This document shows, piece after piece, positions 29,631 through 43,000 of a stretch of DNA of 64,000 bases. A program made the translations under genes and the position numbers. How positions within the stretch are numbered: position 1 is the stretch's first letter; each line of letters starts with the position of its first letter. The notes beneath the pieces were generated by a model, which was not told the DNA's origin, did not search any database, and saw only the letters and a list, made by a program, of their open reading frames with translations. This DNA comes from an uncultured Actinomycetota bacterium (GTDB taxonomy: Bacteria; Actinomycetota; Actinomycetes; Streptosporangiales; Streptosporangiaceae), in NCBI GenBank assembly GCA_963748785.1, contig CAVVKP010000034.1, forward strand, positions 31,421 through 95,420. Reading direction: 5' to 3'.

Positions 29631-32286
29631 ATGTCGTTTTTGAGTCGTAAGCCTGCGCGGCCGGATAGCCGCCGCGGCGATGCCGGGCGTGATGATCAGT
29701 ACGACGACTACGACCTCTACGCGACCGACGGGTACCAGGGCGGCGACGACGAACACTGGTCCCCAGGCGAGTACTTCTCCCCAGACGGCATCAAGGGGCG
29801 CTGGGCCGGCGAGCACCCCGACGGGCGGGCCGGCGGCCGGTCCCGGCCCGGGGGCGACGACGGCGGACCCGGCTACGAGACCTACTCCGGCGGCTCCGAG
29901 GGCGCCGGCTACCGATCCTCGGGGCGCGGCCCGGCCGGCGACACCCCGCGCGACGCCGTGCGGGCCAGCGGCGGGTTCAACGGCTACGGCGCCGACGAGT
30001 ACGCCAGTGGCGCCTACGACCTGCCGGAAGGCGCCGACGAAGACCGGCAGGAACGTCGGCCGCGGCGGCGCCGCGACCGCGAGGACCGCAGCGACTGGAC
30101 CGGCATCCTGCGACTGCGCCGCGACCGCGGCGAGGACATCTGGCCCGACGACGGCATCTCCGACGAGGACTACTGGGCCTCGGTCGCCGCTGACCAGCCG
30201 CTGACCCAGGGCGGCCCGGCCGACGGCGACGCCCGCGGCCCGGCCGGGACCGAGCCCCGGCCCGGCGCGCGACCGGGCGCCGACCCGCGCGGCGGCGGCG
30301 ACCGCTTCGGCACCGACCAGCGCGGCGCCGACCAGCGGGGCGGCGCCGGCCGTCTCGGGCCTCCCCCCGGCCTCCCCGGCGAGCGCCAGCCGGGCAGCGG
30401 CACCCCGGGCAGTCACGGGCAGCGGGCCAACAGCGGGCCGCTGCGCGCCAGCGGACCGCTCCGTGCCAGCGGGCCACTCGGCGGTGGCGGGCAGCCCGGC
30501 AACAGCAGACCGCTCGGCAGCAGCAGCGGCCCCCTCGGCAACAGCGGGCCGCTCGGCGCCGGCGGCGGCGCCGGCGCCAGCAGGACCGGCAGCAACCCCG
30601 CCCGTCCCGGGCCAGGCACCGGCCCCAACGCGATGCGAACCGGCAGTGGCGCGCTGCCCACCGTCGGCGTCACCGTATCCCGGCCGCCCGCCGGGCCTGG
30701 CGCCGCCCGGCCGTCGGCCGCCAGCGGCACCGGCTCCAGCCCGAACTGGCCCGGCCAGGCACAGCCCGGGCCCGCCCAGGCAAGCGGCGGCTACCCGCAG
30801 CCCTCGCGGCCGTCCTTCCAGCCCAGCGGCGGCTACCCGTCCAGCGGCGCCCCGGCGGGCAGCCGGCCGCAAGACCGCGGCGACTGGGGCGATCGAACCG
30901 AGCGCATCGAGCGCGTCGACGCCTCTGGCTACCCCGACCCCCGACCCCTCGGCCGCGGCTCGACCTCCAACTCCGGGCCGATGGGCGCCACCGGAACCTC
31001 CGGGCCGAACCCGTCCGCCGGGAACGGCGGGGCGGGCCGCGGCCCCGGGGCACCCGGGCGGCGCGGCCGCAGCGAATCCGGCCGCGGCGAAGGCAACCGG
31101 GCCGACAGCGGACGGATCGACAGCGGCCCCTGGCAGGCGACCAGCCGCCGGGAAACCGGCCGGCGCGACGCCGGACGCGGCAACAGCCGTGAAGGCGCGC
31201 GCGACACGGCAAGCACCTGGCCGCCCGCCCCGCCCGGGCGCGGCGCCGCCCCCGGCCGCGGCACTGCCCCGGCCCCCGGCAGCACACCCGGCCGCCGCTC
31301 CGAGGACGACCCGCTGACCAGCACCGCGTTCTCCCGCGGCGCGCACACCGACACCGACGGCCGCTCCTACCGCGTGGCGGCCCGCCGCTCGCAGGCCCAG
31401 GCCAAGCTGACCGAGGAAACCGAGTCCTTCCTCACCGGCAACTATGGCCGCGGCCAGCAGCAGCCCAGCCACCCGAGCGACTTCCCGACCACCGTCTACC
31501 CGCCCGCCCTGCCGGCCGGCCAGCGCACCGGAGACTATCCCCAGCACCGCCGCGACACCCAGGCCCCCCGCCCGGCACCCGCCACGGGACAGGACACCGG
31601 CGCCCGCTTCCCCGCCGCCTACGGCAGCCAGCCGGGCCGCCCGGCACAGTCGGCACGCGGCCAGAGCCTCCCGGCCGCCCCCAGCCAGCCGAGCCCGGGC
31701 CAGGCCAGCCCCGGCCTGTGGCAGGGACAAGGCACACCCGGCCGCCTGGCCACCACCGGCTCCACCCCGGCGGCCAGGCCCGCCGCCCCCGGCAGCGGAA
31801 CCGCCGGCACAGGCACACCCGGCGGCCAGTACGAGCCACGGCGGGCCGCCGACCGGCCGGCCTGCCGCACAGCGACCCCGCCACCAGGCGCAGCCCTGGC
31901 CGCCCAGCCAGGGCCAGGCCCCCGCCAACGCCCTGCCCGCCCCGGTCTACACTCCCGGTACCCCGGCCGCACCGAGTGCCCCCACCGGCGTGCCGCCGGC
32001 CACCGGCAGGCACTCCAGCCCCCAGGGCGCCAACCCGTACGACAACGGATCCGGCTCCTACCCCTACCCCAGCCCGCCCTACCCCGGCCGTTCCACCGTC
32101 GGCAACCCGGCAGCCGGCAGCACGGCACCCGGCAGTCCCCAGCCGGCCAGCGGCCCGGCCCAGGCCAACGAGGACGACCGCTACTACCGCCCGGCACAGC
32201 AGGACGGCTACCCCAGCAGTAACCCGCAGCAGGGCAGGCAAGAATACGGCGGCCACCAGCGCGGCTCACGCGAACGCCCCTACTAA
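29631..32286 (+). CDS. Large Gly/Pro/Arg-rich, probably disordered protein (frameshifted)
   Basis: Long ORF with acidic/aromatic islands and SGPL repeats; ends ...GSRERPY* in ORF 31444..32286. Confidence 0.7.
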
Positions 32287-32455
32287 CCGCACCGGGTGGC
32301 CCATGCGGCCGGAGCGAAGCAGGAAGGTCAGGTGCACCGGGCGTTCCAGCCCGCCCGGCTGCTGACGGTGCCGCGGGCCGCGGCTCGCGCCGACCCGGCA
32401 CGACCGGTCATGGCGACGGTCAGCCTCCCCGCACGCCGTCGGGCAGACTAGAACC

Positions 32456-33234
32456 GTGCCCGAAGGTGACGTCGTCTGGAACACCGCCCAGCGGCTGCAC
32501 GCCGCCCTCGCCGGGCAGGTGCTGACCCGCAGCGACTTCCGGGTCCCCCGCTACGCGACCGTGAACCTGGTGGGCCGCTCCGTCACCGAGGCGGTGTCCC
32601 GCGGCAAGCACCTGCTGATCCGCACCGACAACGGCCTCACCGTGCATACGCACCTGAAGATGGACGGCCACTGGCGGGTCCAGCCGGCCGGCTCCGGCCA
32701 CCCGGGCGCGCGTTCCAGATCCGGCTGCTGCTCGGCAACGCGCGCTGGCTCGCCGTGGGTTACCTGCTGGGGATCACCGAGGTCTTGCCCACCGCGAAAG
32801 AGGACACGGTCGTCGGGCATCTCGGGCCAGACCTGCTCGGGCCGGACTGGGACCCGGAGGTCGCGGTGGCGCGGCTGGCCGCGGCGCCGGAGCGGCCGAT
32901 CGGCGAGGCGCTGCTCGATCAGCGGAACCTGGCGGGGGCTGGGACCTGGTTCCTGGCGGAGATGCTGTTCTTGCGGGGTATCGAGCCGTCGCGGCCGGTC
33001 GGGTCGGTTGAGGATCTTCATGCGCTGGTGTCGGCCGGGCAGCGGCTGCTTGAGGTGAACAAGTCGAGGCCGCGGCACTCGTCGACCGGGGATCTCACGC
33101 CGGGGCGGGACAGCTGGGTCTACGGGCGGGCGGGGAAGCGGTGCCGGCGGTGCGGAACGGTCATCAGGCGGGGCGAGCAAGGGCCGACGGGCCAGGAGCG
33201 GCTGCGGTTCTGGTGCCCGAGCTGCCAGAGGTAG
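32456..33234 (+). CDS. nei: Fpg/Nei family DNA glycosylase (frameshift near 32710)
   Basis: N-terminal PEGD, RGKHL, HLKMDG, LLDQRNLAG.G, zinc finger CRRC...CPSCQ. Confidence 0.92.
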
Positions 33235-33248
33235 GGTTGCCAGCCGCC

Positions 33249-35271
33249 TTACCTGACGCCAGCCGGCCAGTCCCGGCGGAGGCTGCATCCGTCCAGGTAG
33301 CCGTGGCCGGCCTCGTCGATGCCGGCGCTGAACGTTTCGTCGCCCGCCACCAGGCCGTCGACACGCAGCCGCCGGCCGGCGCTGCCGAGCGGCACGTCGG
33401 GCGGCTCGATCCGGACCAGGCCGGCCGGCGCGTCCACGTCGAGGCCGAGCAATGCCTGGGCCAGCGTCCCGGCAGCGGCCGCCGACCACGCCTGCGGGCG
33501 GCACGCCGCCGGGTAGGGCACTGGCCCGCGATTCTCGCCGGAGAACAGCTCGGGGAGACGCCAGTCGAACGCGGCGGCGGCCGACAGCAGCCCGTCGGCC
33601 AGCCGGGCCGCGGCGTCGCCATGGCCGCTGCGGTACAGTCCCCTGATCACGATGGCCGTATCGTGGCTCCACACCGAGCCGCAGTGATAGCTCAGCGGGT
33701 TGTAGCCGGCGTTGCTGGCGGACATGGTGCGCAGCCCGAATTCCGAGGCCATGTCCGGGCCGGACAGCCGGGCGGCGACCAGCGCCTCCTCGTCTTGCGA
33801 CAGCAGGCCGGTACCGAGCAGGTGACCGATGTTGCTGGTCAGCGAGTCCACTGGCTGCTTGGCCGCGTCCAGGGCGAGCGCGGGGTACCCGCCCGGCAGC
33901 CAGAAGGACGCGCGAAAGGCCTCGGCCAGCCCGGCCGCCCAGTCTCGCCAGCGGTCGGCGCCGGGTTCGCCGAACGCTGTCAGCAGGTCGGCCCCGGCCG
34001 CCGCCGCCTCGTAGGCGTACCCCTGCACCTCGCACAGCGCGACCGGCGCCTTGGCGATGCGGCCGTCGGCGAAGCGGATGGAGTCGCCCGAGTCCTTCCA
34101 GCCCTGGTTCGACAGCCCGTGCCCGCTGACGTCGATGTACTCGAGCAGCCCGTCGCCGTCGGAGTCCCCGTAGCGGCTGATCCACTCAAGCGCGGCGCGC
34201 AGCGCGGGGAGCAGCGCCCGCACCTGGCCGCCCGGCATGCCCCAGCGCCACGCGTCGCGCAGCAGGCAGATCCACAGCGGGGTGGCGTCGATCGTGCCGT
34301 AGTACAGGGAACCGCCGCGCCGCAGCTCGTGGGGGATCTTGCCTGGCTCCTCCGCGGTCTGCGGGTCGAGCCTTAGTGCCCTGGCATGCGGCCAGCGTGC
34401 GGAGCGTACCCGCGGCGAGCTGCCAGCCGAACGGGAGCAGCAGGCGCGCGGCCCAGATGCTGTCCCGGCCGAACAGCGTGAAGTACCAGGGCGCGCCCGC
34501 GGCGAGGAACACATCATCGGGACGGCCCGGCAAGGCCATCCGCAGGGCAGCCACGTCGGCCAGCGAGCGGCCGGCAAGCTGCGCCAGCCGGGGGTCGTCC
34601 GCGGTTACGCGGACTGGCGTGGGCGCGGCGCTGGCCGCCGCGATGACCGACGCGGCGGGATCGGTCACCCTCAGCCGCCAGCTGAAGTCGACGGACCCCC
34701 GCCCGTCCAGCCGCGCGCGCCACCGGAGCGTTCCGCCGCTGGCCGCGGGGTCGCCGGCTAGCTCGGCCCCTGGTGCCGTCAGCGTGACCGTCACCTCTGA
34801 GTCACCCCAGCTCAGGCCGTCGCGGACCGGAGTCAGGGGCACCTGCTGCCCGGCCCGCGCCGCCTTGATCTCACCCAGGCTGGCCAGGTCGGCGGCGACG
34901 GTGAGGACGAGTTCGGTGTCGACGCCGGCGTCGGCGAAGCTAACCACCCGGATCCGCTCGCTCACCTCGCCTGGTGCGACGGTTCGTTCCCGCACGATCT
35001 GGACCGTCGGGTCGATGATGTCGTCGCCGAGCGTCCTGGGCACGGCGACGAACCAGGCGGACCGCGGACCGTCCAGCCCGCTGCCGATCGGCGCCGGCTC
35101 GGTCCCGCCCACTGTGAGCACCGCCCGGGACAGCACGCGCACGTCGGCGTGCAGGACCCCCTCGGCGTTGCCGCCGTCGCGAATCTGCCCGCTCGGCTCG
35201 CTGAGCATCACGGTCGGCGCGCTCAGCACCGTGACGAGATCGTGCAGCCAGGGCTGGTCAAGCGCGGACAT
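33249..35271 (-). CDS. Amylo-alpha-1,6-glucosidase / glycogen-debranching-like glycoside hydrolase (frameshift near 34372)
   Basis: AAGAPWYFTLFGRDS, EEPGKIPHE, YYGTIDATPLW, NQGWKDSGD, YHCGSVWSHD, LPELF. Confidence 0.9.
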
Positions 35272-35412
35272 CGATCGCCTCTTCCGCCTACGTCCTATGT
35301 TGTCGCCTTATGACCGGCAAAGCTTGACAGCGGCGTGCCGTCAGCGTGATCCTAGCATTGTTTGGAACGATCAAATTGATCGTTCCAATTTAACGATCAA
35401 AGAGGATCAAGC

Positions 35413-36460
35413 GTGCCAGCACAGCGTCCGACGATGGCAGACGTCGCCAAGGCTGCCGCCGTGTCGCTGCAGACCGTCTCGAACGTGATCAACGCGCCGC
35501 ACCTGGTCCGCGCCGAGACCCGCGAGCGGGTCGAGGCGGTGATCGCGGCGACCGGGTACCGGCCGCTCAAGGCGGCGCAGACGCTGCGGACCCAGCGCTC
35601 GCACCTCATCGCGGTGATCATCCCGGAGCCCGGCCAGTGGAAGGGCGAGCTGCACAACGCTTTCCTGCACGCGCTCACCCGCCGGGCGCAGAAGTCCGGC
35701 TACCGGATCCTGCTGTTCACCGCGGTCGATGACAACGAGGAGATCCTGGCCTACGACCAGCTGCTCGGCGACTACACGCTCGACGGCTTCGTGATCACCG
35801 GCACGCACTCGGCCGACCGCCGGACCTCGTGGCTGCGGCGCAAGCGGGTTCCCTTCGTGACGTTCGGCCGCCCGTGGAGCGGTCCGGACACGCACCCGTG
35901 GGTGGACGTGGACGGCGCGCACGGGGAGCGCGCTGGCGACCGAGCACCTGATCGCGGCCGGGCCACCGGCGGATCGCCTTCCTCGGCTGGCCGGAAGACT
36001 CCGACGTGGGCGAGGACCGCAAGGCAGGCTGGGAGCAGGCCTGCCAGGCGGCGGGCCTGCCCACCGACGGGCTGTGCGCGCGGCTTGAGGACGACCTGGC
36101 CCAGGGCCGGGCAGGCCTGCGCCAGGCTGCTGGACGCGGCCGAGCCGCCGACCGCCTTCGTGTGCGTCAGCGACACGATCGCGCTCGGCGCGTGGACCGA
36201 GATCACCGCGCGCGGCCTCGTCCCCGGCCGGGACGTGGCCGTCATCGGCTTCGACGACTCCACCGCGGCCGCCGCGGTCGGACTGACCAGCGTCGCGCAG
36301 CCACTGGACGAGGTGGCCGACGCCTGCCTGGTCGCGCTGGACAGCATCCTCTCCCCCGCCGGCAGCCGGGGCAAGCGCGGCGCGCCGGACCCGCGCGCTG
36401 CTCGAGCCGCAGCTCGTCATTCGCAGTTCCTCGCCATCCCCCGAGAAGAGGACACCATGA
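35413..36460 (+). CDS. LacI family regulator (frameshifted)
   Basis: TMADVAKAAAVSLQTVSNVIN; VAVIGFDD, LTSVAQP; TGA overlaps the SBP ATG. Confidence 0.88.
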
Positions 36461-37716
36461 GATCCAAGATCGCCATCGCGGCCCTGGCGGCCGCCGGGCT
36501 CGCGGTGCTCGCCACGGCCTGCTCCTCCGGCAACGGCTTCGGCTCCCTCGTCAGCGAGCAGCAGCGCCAGCGCGACGCCCAACAAGTCCCCGCTGACGCT
36601 GATGTTCGGCTCCAGCGGCGCCGGCGGAGACGGCCGCGGTGCAGCAGGCGGCGAAGGCATTCACCAAGCAGAGCGGCATCCCCGTGCAGGTGATCCCGGC
36701 GTCCAACCTCACCCAGCAGGTCGCGCAGGGATTCTCCGGCGGCACGCCACCGAGCGTGTTCTACCTCGACCCGGGAACGTTCCAGAACTACGCCAAGGAC
36801 GGCGCACTCGACGCGTACCCGTCCAGCCTGCCCAACGCCAGCGGCTTCGCCCCGGCGCTCAGCCAGGCGTTCACCTACAAGAGCACGTTCACCTGCGAGC
36901 CGAAGGACGCGTCCACCCTCGCCCTGTACGTCAACACCGCGGACTGGCAGCAGGCCGGCCTGGGCGCGCCGCCCGGCCAACTGGAGCCAGCTCGAGGCGG
37001 ACGCGAAGAAGCTCACCACCGGCCGGCCGGACCGGCCTGACCATCGACCAGACCCACTCCGGCATCGATGAGTTCTTCTACCAGAACGGCGGAACCGTCA
37101 GCAACGCCGACGGCACCAAGGTCCAGCTGGACAGCACGCAGAACGTCGCGGCGCTCACGTTCCTCAAGGGCATGCTGACCCAGGGCATCATGAAGTTCCC
37201 GTCGCAGGTCGGCGCGGGGTTCAGCGGCCAGGCGTTCGGCGAGAACAAGGCCGCGATGGACATCATCGGGAACTGGGAGAACGGCACGCTCCAGTCCGAC
37301 TACCCGAACGTCAAGTTCAAGGTCTACCCGCTGCCCGCCGGCCCGACCGGCACGCACGCGACGCTGTCGTTCACCAACTGCTGGGGCGTGCCGCAAGCAG
37401 CAGACCAACCTGGCCGGCGCCGTCGCCTTGGTCAAGTTCCTCACCACCTCGCAGCAGGAGCTGACGTTCTCCAAGGCGTTCGGCGTCATCCCGTCGCTGA
37501 CCTCGGCCCAGGCGCAGTACGCCGAAGACGTACCCGCAGTACGCGACCTTCGTGCAGGAACTGCCGTACGCGCACCCGGACATCGCGATCGCCGGGGCGA
37601 CCCAGGCGCTGACGGCGTTCGACTCGGCCCTGCAGCAGCTGGCCAGCGGCAACCCGTCGTCCATCTTGAAGACGGCGCAGCAGAACCTGCAGGCCGTCAT
37701 CAGCCAAGGCGCATGA
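36457..37716 (+). CDS. Carbohydrate ABC transporter substrate-binding lipoprotein (frameshifted)
   Basis: Lipobox LATAC; PKDASTLALYVN, AFGENKAAM, TLSFTNCWG. Confidence 0.85.
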
Positions 37717-38818
37717 CGGCCCTCGTCCAGCAAGAAGGCCCGCGGCATCTCCCCGCCGCCGCGGGCCTGCGCGTCCCGCGGGCCCTTCCGCACGGCCAGG
37801 GCCCGCGAGGCCGCCGCCGGCTGGCTCATGTCGCGCCCCGGCGATCGTCCTGCTGCTGGTGTTCCTGGTGGCGCCGATCGCGATGGCGGCCTGGGTCAGC
37901 CTCAGCGACTGGAACGGCATCGGCAGCCCGTTCGCGAGCAGCGTGCACGCGGTGGGCGGGCGGAACTACGAGGCGCTGCTCACCCAGCCCGGCCTGCCGC
38001 AGCAGCAGCTGGGCGAGAGCCTGCGGAACAACGTGTACTACGTGATCATCGTGGTGCCGGTGCAGACCGCGCTGGCGCTGGGCCTGGCGCTGATCGTCAG
38101 CCGGAGGCGGCTCGCGGGACGCGGGCTTCTTCCGCACCGCCTACTACTTCCCCTCGGTCACCAGCTCGGTGGCCGTGTCGATCTTGTTCCTGTACATCTT
38201 CGGGACCGACCGGCGTGCTCAACGCGATCGTGGGCGACCTCGGCGGGCACGGGCCCAACTGGTTCAACGACCCGAACGGGGTGCTGCACATGATCCTGTC
38301 CGGCGCTCGGGGTGACCACGGCGCCGGGCGCGCTGGCCGGACACGGCTTCCTCGGCGTGTCCTGGTGGGACTGGCTGGCCGGGCCGAGCGTCGCCATGAT
38401 CGCCATCATCGCGCTGGCGATCTGGACCACGTCGGGCACGTTCATGCTGATCTTCCTGCCCGCCATCTACGCGATCCCGTCCGACGTGACCGAGGCCGCG
38501 ATCATGGACGGCGCGAACGCGTGGCAGCGGTTCCGTAAGATCACGCTGCCGATGCTACGGCCGACGCTGTTCCTGGTGCTCACCCTCGGGCTGATCGGCA
38601 CCTGGCAGGTGTTCGACCAGGTGTACCTGATCAGCCAGGGGAACCCGGCGGGCACCACGCTGACCCCGGCGTTCCTGTCCTACCTCACCTCGTTCGGCAA
38701 CCAGCAGTGGGGCCAGGGCGCGGCGATCGCGTTCATCCTGTTCGCCATCATCGTCGTGCTCACCATCGTGCAGCGGCTGATCATCTCCGAGCGCCGTGCG
38801 GCGCCGGGGCGTCAGTGA
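37713..38818 (+). CDS. Carbohydrate ABC transporter permease (frameshifted)
   Basis: [27 protein letters not shown] loop; GTWQVFDQ. Confidence 0.88.
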
Positions 38819-39648
38819 GGCGGCGCCGGCTGGTCAACCGCACGCTGCTCTACCTGGCGCTGGCGGCGTTCGCGGTGATCTACATCTACCCGTTCCTGCT
38901 CGACATCGGCACGGCGTTCAAGACCGAGCCCGACGCCGTCGCGCACCCGCTCAACCCGATTCCCCAGCACTGGGTGACGGCCGCGTTCATCCAGCTCGGG
39001 CAGGAGGACTTTGCCCGCTGGCTGGCCAACTCCGTCGTGGTCGCGGTGTTCGTCACCCTCGGCCGGGTGCGTCTTCGACTCGATGGCCGGTTACGCCCTG
39101 GCCCGGCTGCGCTTCCGCGGCCGAAGCGGGCTGTTCGCCGCGATCATCGCGGTCATGGCCGTGCCGGGCGTGGTGCTGCTCATCCCGACGTTCCTGGTCC
39201 TGAAGGAACTGAACCTGTTCAACACCTACCCCGGGCTGATCCTGCCGCTGGTGACGGACGCCGCCGGGCGTGTTCATCATGCGGCAGTTCTTCGTGACCG
39301 TGCCCCCGAGCATCGAGGAGGCCGCGAAGATCGACGGCGCCGGGCATCTTCCGCACGTACTGGTCGGTGGTCCTGCCGATGGCGCGGCCGGCCGTGATCA
39401 CGCTGATGATCTTGTCGTTCCAGGGATCATGGAACAACTTCTCGATGATCCTGGTCGCGCACTCGTCGCCGTCCCTGGACACGCTGACCACCGGTGTCGG
39501 CCGGCTGGTCAGCGGCCAGCTGGGCGCTGGCTCGCAGTACCCGCTTCAGCTGGCCGCCGCGCTGGCCATGACCATCCCGGTGGCGATCATCTTCTTCGTG
39601 TTCCAGAAGTACATCATGAGGACCGGCGAGGGCGCGATCAAGGAGTGA
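38815..39648 (+). CDS. Carbohydrate ABC transporter permease (frameshifted)
   Basis: MAGYALARLRF, SIEEAAKIDGA, FQGSWNNF. Confidence 0.88.
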
Positions 39649-39726
39649 GCCGGTCGTGCGATCGCCAATCATCTTCTGAATCGCGGGTTGTCACCATTGT
39701 CATCGGCAGCGGGCCATGAGGGCGGG

Positions 39727-40595
39727 TTAGGACTGGCTGAGAATCTGGCGCAGGGTGGCGGCGAAGGCGTCGGGCTTGCCCGTCCTGCCGTACTCGCCGC
39801 CGAGGAAGCCGTCGTGGCCGCCGGGGAACGTGACGGGCAGCGTTCCGAGCCGCGCGGCGACCGCGGCGGCCGCGCGGCCAAGGACTGAGGTGGCGGATTC
39901 CTCCCCGGCCCCGATGACGATGCGGGCCGGTCCCGCGCGGAGCGCGTCGAAGTCGTGCCGGTAGGCCGGGCACGAGGGCATGTTCTGTCCCACCAGCGGA
40001 TCGTTGCGCGAGCCGTCGTCCCCGGGGGAAGCCCGAAGGTCGCGGGATCGGGAGCGGGACGGCTCAGGTAATCGGCCGGGAGCGGGCCGGACTGCATCAC
40101 GAGCGCGATGAACTTCGCCATCGCCGGACCGAAGCCGCTGCGCTGGTATGTGTGGCTGATGTCTGCGCAGGCGCCCAGCACCACGTCGGCGTCGGGCAGC
40201 TCGGCGAAGGCAGGCGGCTCGTGGGCGACGAGCGTCGCGATCTGACCGGGGTGGCTGGCGGCCAGGGCCAGCGCGTTGACCGCCCCGCCGCTGCTGGCGA
40301 AGATATCCGCAGGCCCGGCGCCCAGCGCGCGGATCAGCCGGTGCAGGTCGTCCGCGTGCTCGTCCGGCGTGGTCACGAGGGCCCCGTCGGTCCGCTGGCT
40401 GCGACCTGACGAGCGGGGGTCGCAGGTCACGACCGTGCGGTCGGCGAAGTGCCCGGCCAGCGTCGCGAAGCCGTCAGCGCCCATCGGCGACCCGATGACC
40501 AGCAGGACCGGCTCCGTGCTGGTGTCGCTGCCGCTGACGTCGTAATGCAGGACGGCACCCGGTACGTCCAGGGTGCCGCTCTTCGGCTCGGTCAC
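39727..40595 (-). CDS. Alpha/beta hydrolase (frameshift near 40025)
   Basis: IGSPMGA, FASSGGA nucleophile elbow, AHEPP, FPGGHDGF. Confidence 0.85.
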
Positions 40596-40841
40596 TGGTA
40601 ACCCCTTCCGACGAGATGGCGGTACCCATTCAAACGCGCCAGCCTGCCCAAAGTAATCGCAGCATCGCGGACTGCCGCCACCCGGGGCAGGGCCTGATGC
40701 GGCGAAATACGGAGCGATGCCTCTTATCCCGTTCGCCGGGGCTGACTCGGCGCGGTTAAGGGCATGGTTGCCGCGTTCGGCAGGCGAGGGCTTTCCGCTA
40801 GGGTAGGCCGCGACCTCAGCGAACTAGCACGGGACGCCACG

Positions 40842-41625
40842 ATGCTTATCTTCCTTCCGCCATCGGAGACCAAGGCCTTCCCGGCTGAGGCGACCCCCGG
40901 TCGAGCTTGGTTCTCTGGCACTCCCCGAGCTGGCACCGACAAGGGCCAAGCTGCTGAAGGCACTGGTCCGCCTGGCCCGTGGGCGGGCACCGGCCGCACT
41001 GGATGCGCTGGGCCTGAGCGAGGGCCAGGCCGGCGAGCTGGCCCACAACCGGGAACTGCTCGCGGCGCCCACCGCAGCGGCGGCCGAGGTGTACACCGGG
41101 GTGCTGTACGACGCGCTCGACCTGTCCGCCCTGCACCGCCGGGGGGTCGCGACGGATCAGGTGCTCATCTTCTCGGGCCTGTGGGGGGTGCTCCGGCCGG
41201 GTGACCGGATCCCGCACTACCGCTGCTCTGCTGGGGTGAAGCTGCCCGCGGTCGGCCCGGTGTCAGCGGCCTGGCGCAAGGCGCTGCGCGCTCCCCTGGA
41301 AGCGCAGGCCGGCGACCGCCTGGTGGTGGACCTGCGGTCGGGCGCGTACGCCGGCTTGTGGGCAGCCGGAGCCAACGCCGTCACCGTGCGGGTGCTGCAC
41401 GAACGGGAGTCCGGCGGCGTGGTCAGGCGTTCCGTGGTCTCCCACTTCAATAAGGCGACCAAGGGCCGGTCGCCCGGGCGCTGCTTGAATCGGGACAGCA
41501 GCCGGGCAAACCGGATGAGTTCGCCGACCTGGCGCGCGCCCTCGGCTACTACGGTCGAGCCGGGCCCCGAGGGCAGGGGCCCGGCTGCCCCGACGGCGCT
41601 GGACATCGTGGTGCGCGAACTCTGA
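40842..41625 (+). CDS. yaaA: YaaA family peroxide stress protein (frameshifted)
   Basis: [43 protein letters not shown]. Confidence 0.87.
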
Positions 41626-41639
41626 GGGAGGGGCGAGGG

Positions 41640-43000
41640 TCAGGCGATGATCATCCAGGGGTGCTCGATCAGGCCGGTCAGCGTCTGGAGGAACCTCGCC
41701 GCCAGCGCGCCGTCGATCACCCGGTGGTCCACCGACAGGGTGTACCGGAGCCGGTAGCGCGGCTCGCACGCTGTCCCCGACCACCGTCGGTTCGCGCGCG
41801 GTCGCGCCGACGGCCAGGATCGCCGACTCGGGCGGGTTGATGATGGCGGTGAAGTGCTCCACGCCGAACATGCCCAGGTTGCTGATCGTGAAGGTGCCCC
41901 CGCTGGTCTGGGCCGGAGTCAGCTTCCGCTCGGCCGCCAGGGCCACCAGCTTCCTGCGCCTCCGCGCCGAGCTGGGTGACGGTCTTGGTGTCGGCGTCCC
42001 GGATGACCGGGACGATCAGGCCGCTCTCCGCCGCCACCGCGACGCCGATGTTGACCCGGTCGTGCACGCAGCATGACGCTGCTCTCGTCGCCGCCGTAGG
42101 ACACGTTGACGTCCGGGTGCTCGCGCAGCGCGAGCGCGCAGGCCCGGATCAGCAGGTCGTTGACGCTGACCTTGGCCCGGCCCGTCTCGGTGAGCTGGGT
42201 CGTTCAGCGTGGCGCGCAGGTCCATCAGGGCCTGCGCGTCGGCGACCGCGGTGACGTAGAAGTGCGGGATCTCGCGGGCGCTCGCGGACAGGCGGCGGGC
42301 GATCACCCGGCGGACCTGGCTGACCGGCACGCCGTGCGTCCCGCGCACGTCGTCTGTCTCCGCCGTCGCCGGCGGCGCAGCCGCGGGCAGCGGGCGCTGG
42401 CCGACGGACGGCCGGCGTGGCCGCAGGGCGCCGGGAACGCCGGCCCCGGAGCGTGCCGGCGCTTGTGTCCCGGCGGCCAGCAGGCCGACGATGTCGGCTC
42501 GGATGATCCGGCCGCCCGGCCCGCTGCCCGTGACCTGCGACAGGTCCAGGTGGTTCTCCCGGGCCAGCTTCCGCACCAGGGGCGAGGCGATCTGACGCCC
42601 GCCGCCGTTAACACCGCTTCCGTTCGCGGCCCGGACGACGGCAGGGCGGGTCCTCGGCCGTGGTCAGCGCCGGGGAAGCGGGCACGGCCGGAGCCTGCGC
42701 TAGTCGTTCGGGAGATGCCGCTTCCGCGCGGAGTCGGCGGTGGACGGACGGCGCGGGACCCCGGTCCCGTCGTCGAGCAGGGCGATCGGGGCGCCGATGT
42801 CGGCGTTCTGGCCTTCCTGCGACCAGGATCTCGGCGAGGGTGCCGGCCTGGTAGGCCTCGTACTCCATGACCGCCTTGTCGGTCTCGATCTCGACGAGGA
42901 CGTCGCCGACCGCGACGGCGTCGCCCGGCTTCTTGCGCCAGGTCGCGATCGCGCCCTCCTCCATCGTGTCGGACAGGCGCGGCATCTTGATCTCGATCAC
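41640..43000 (-). CDS. pdhC: Pyruvate dehydrogenase E2, dihydrolipoamide acetyltransferase (multiple frameshifts)
   Basis: [18 protein letters not shown] lipoyl site, [34 protein letters not shown]. Confidence 0.88.

Noticed and set aside
28938-31928. 996-aa minus-strand ORF
   Set aside because: It is the antisense shadow of the + strand genes in stop-poor high-GC DNA.
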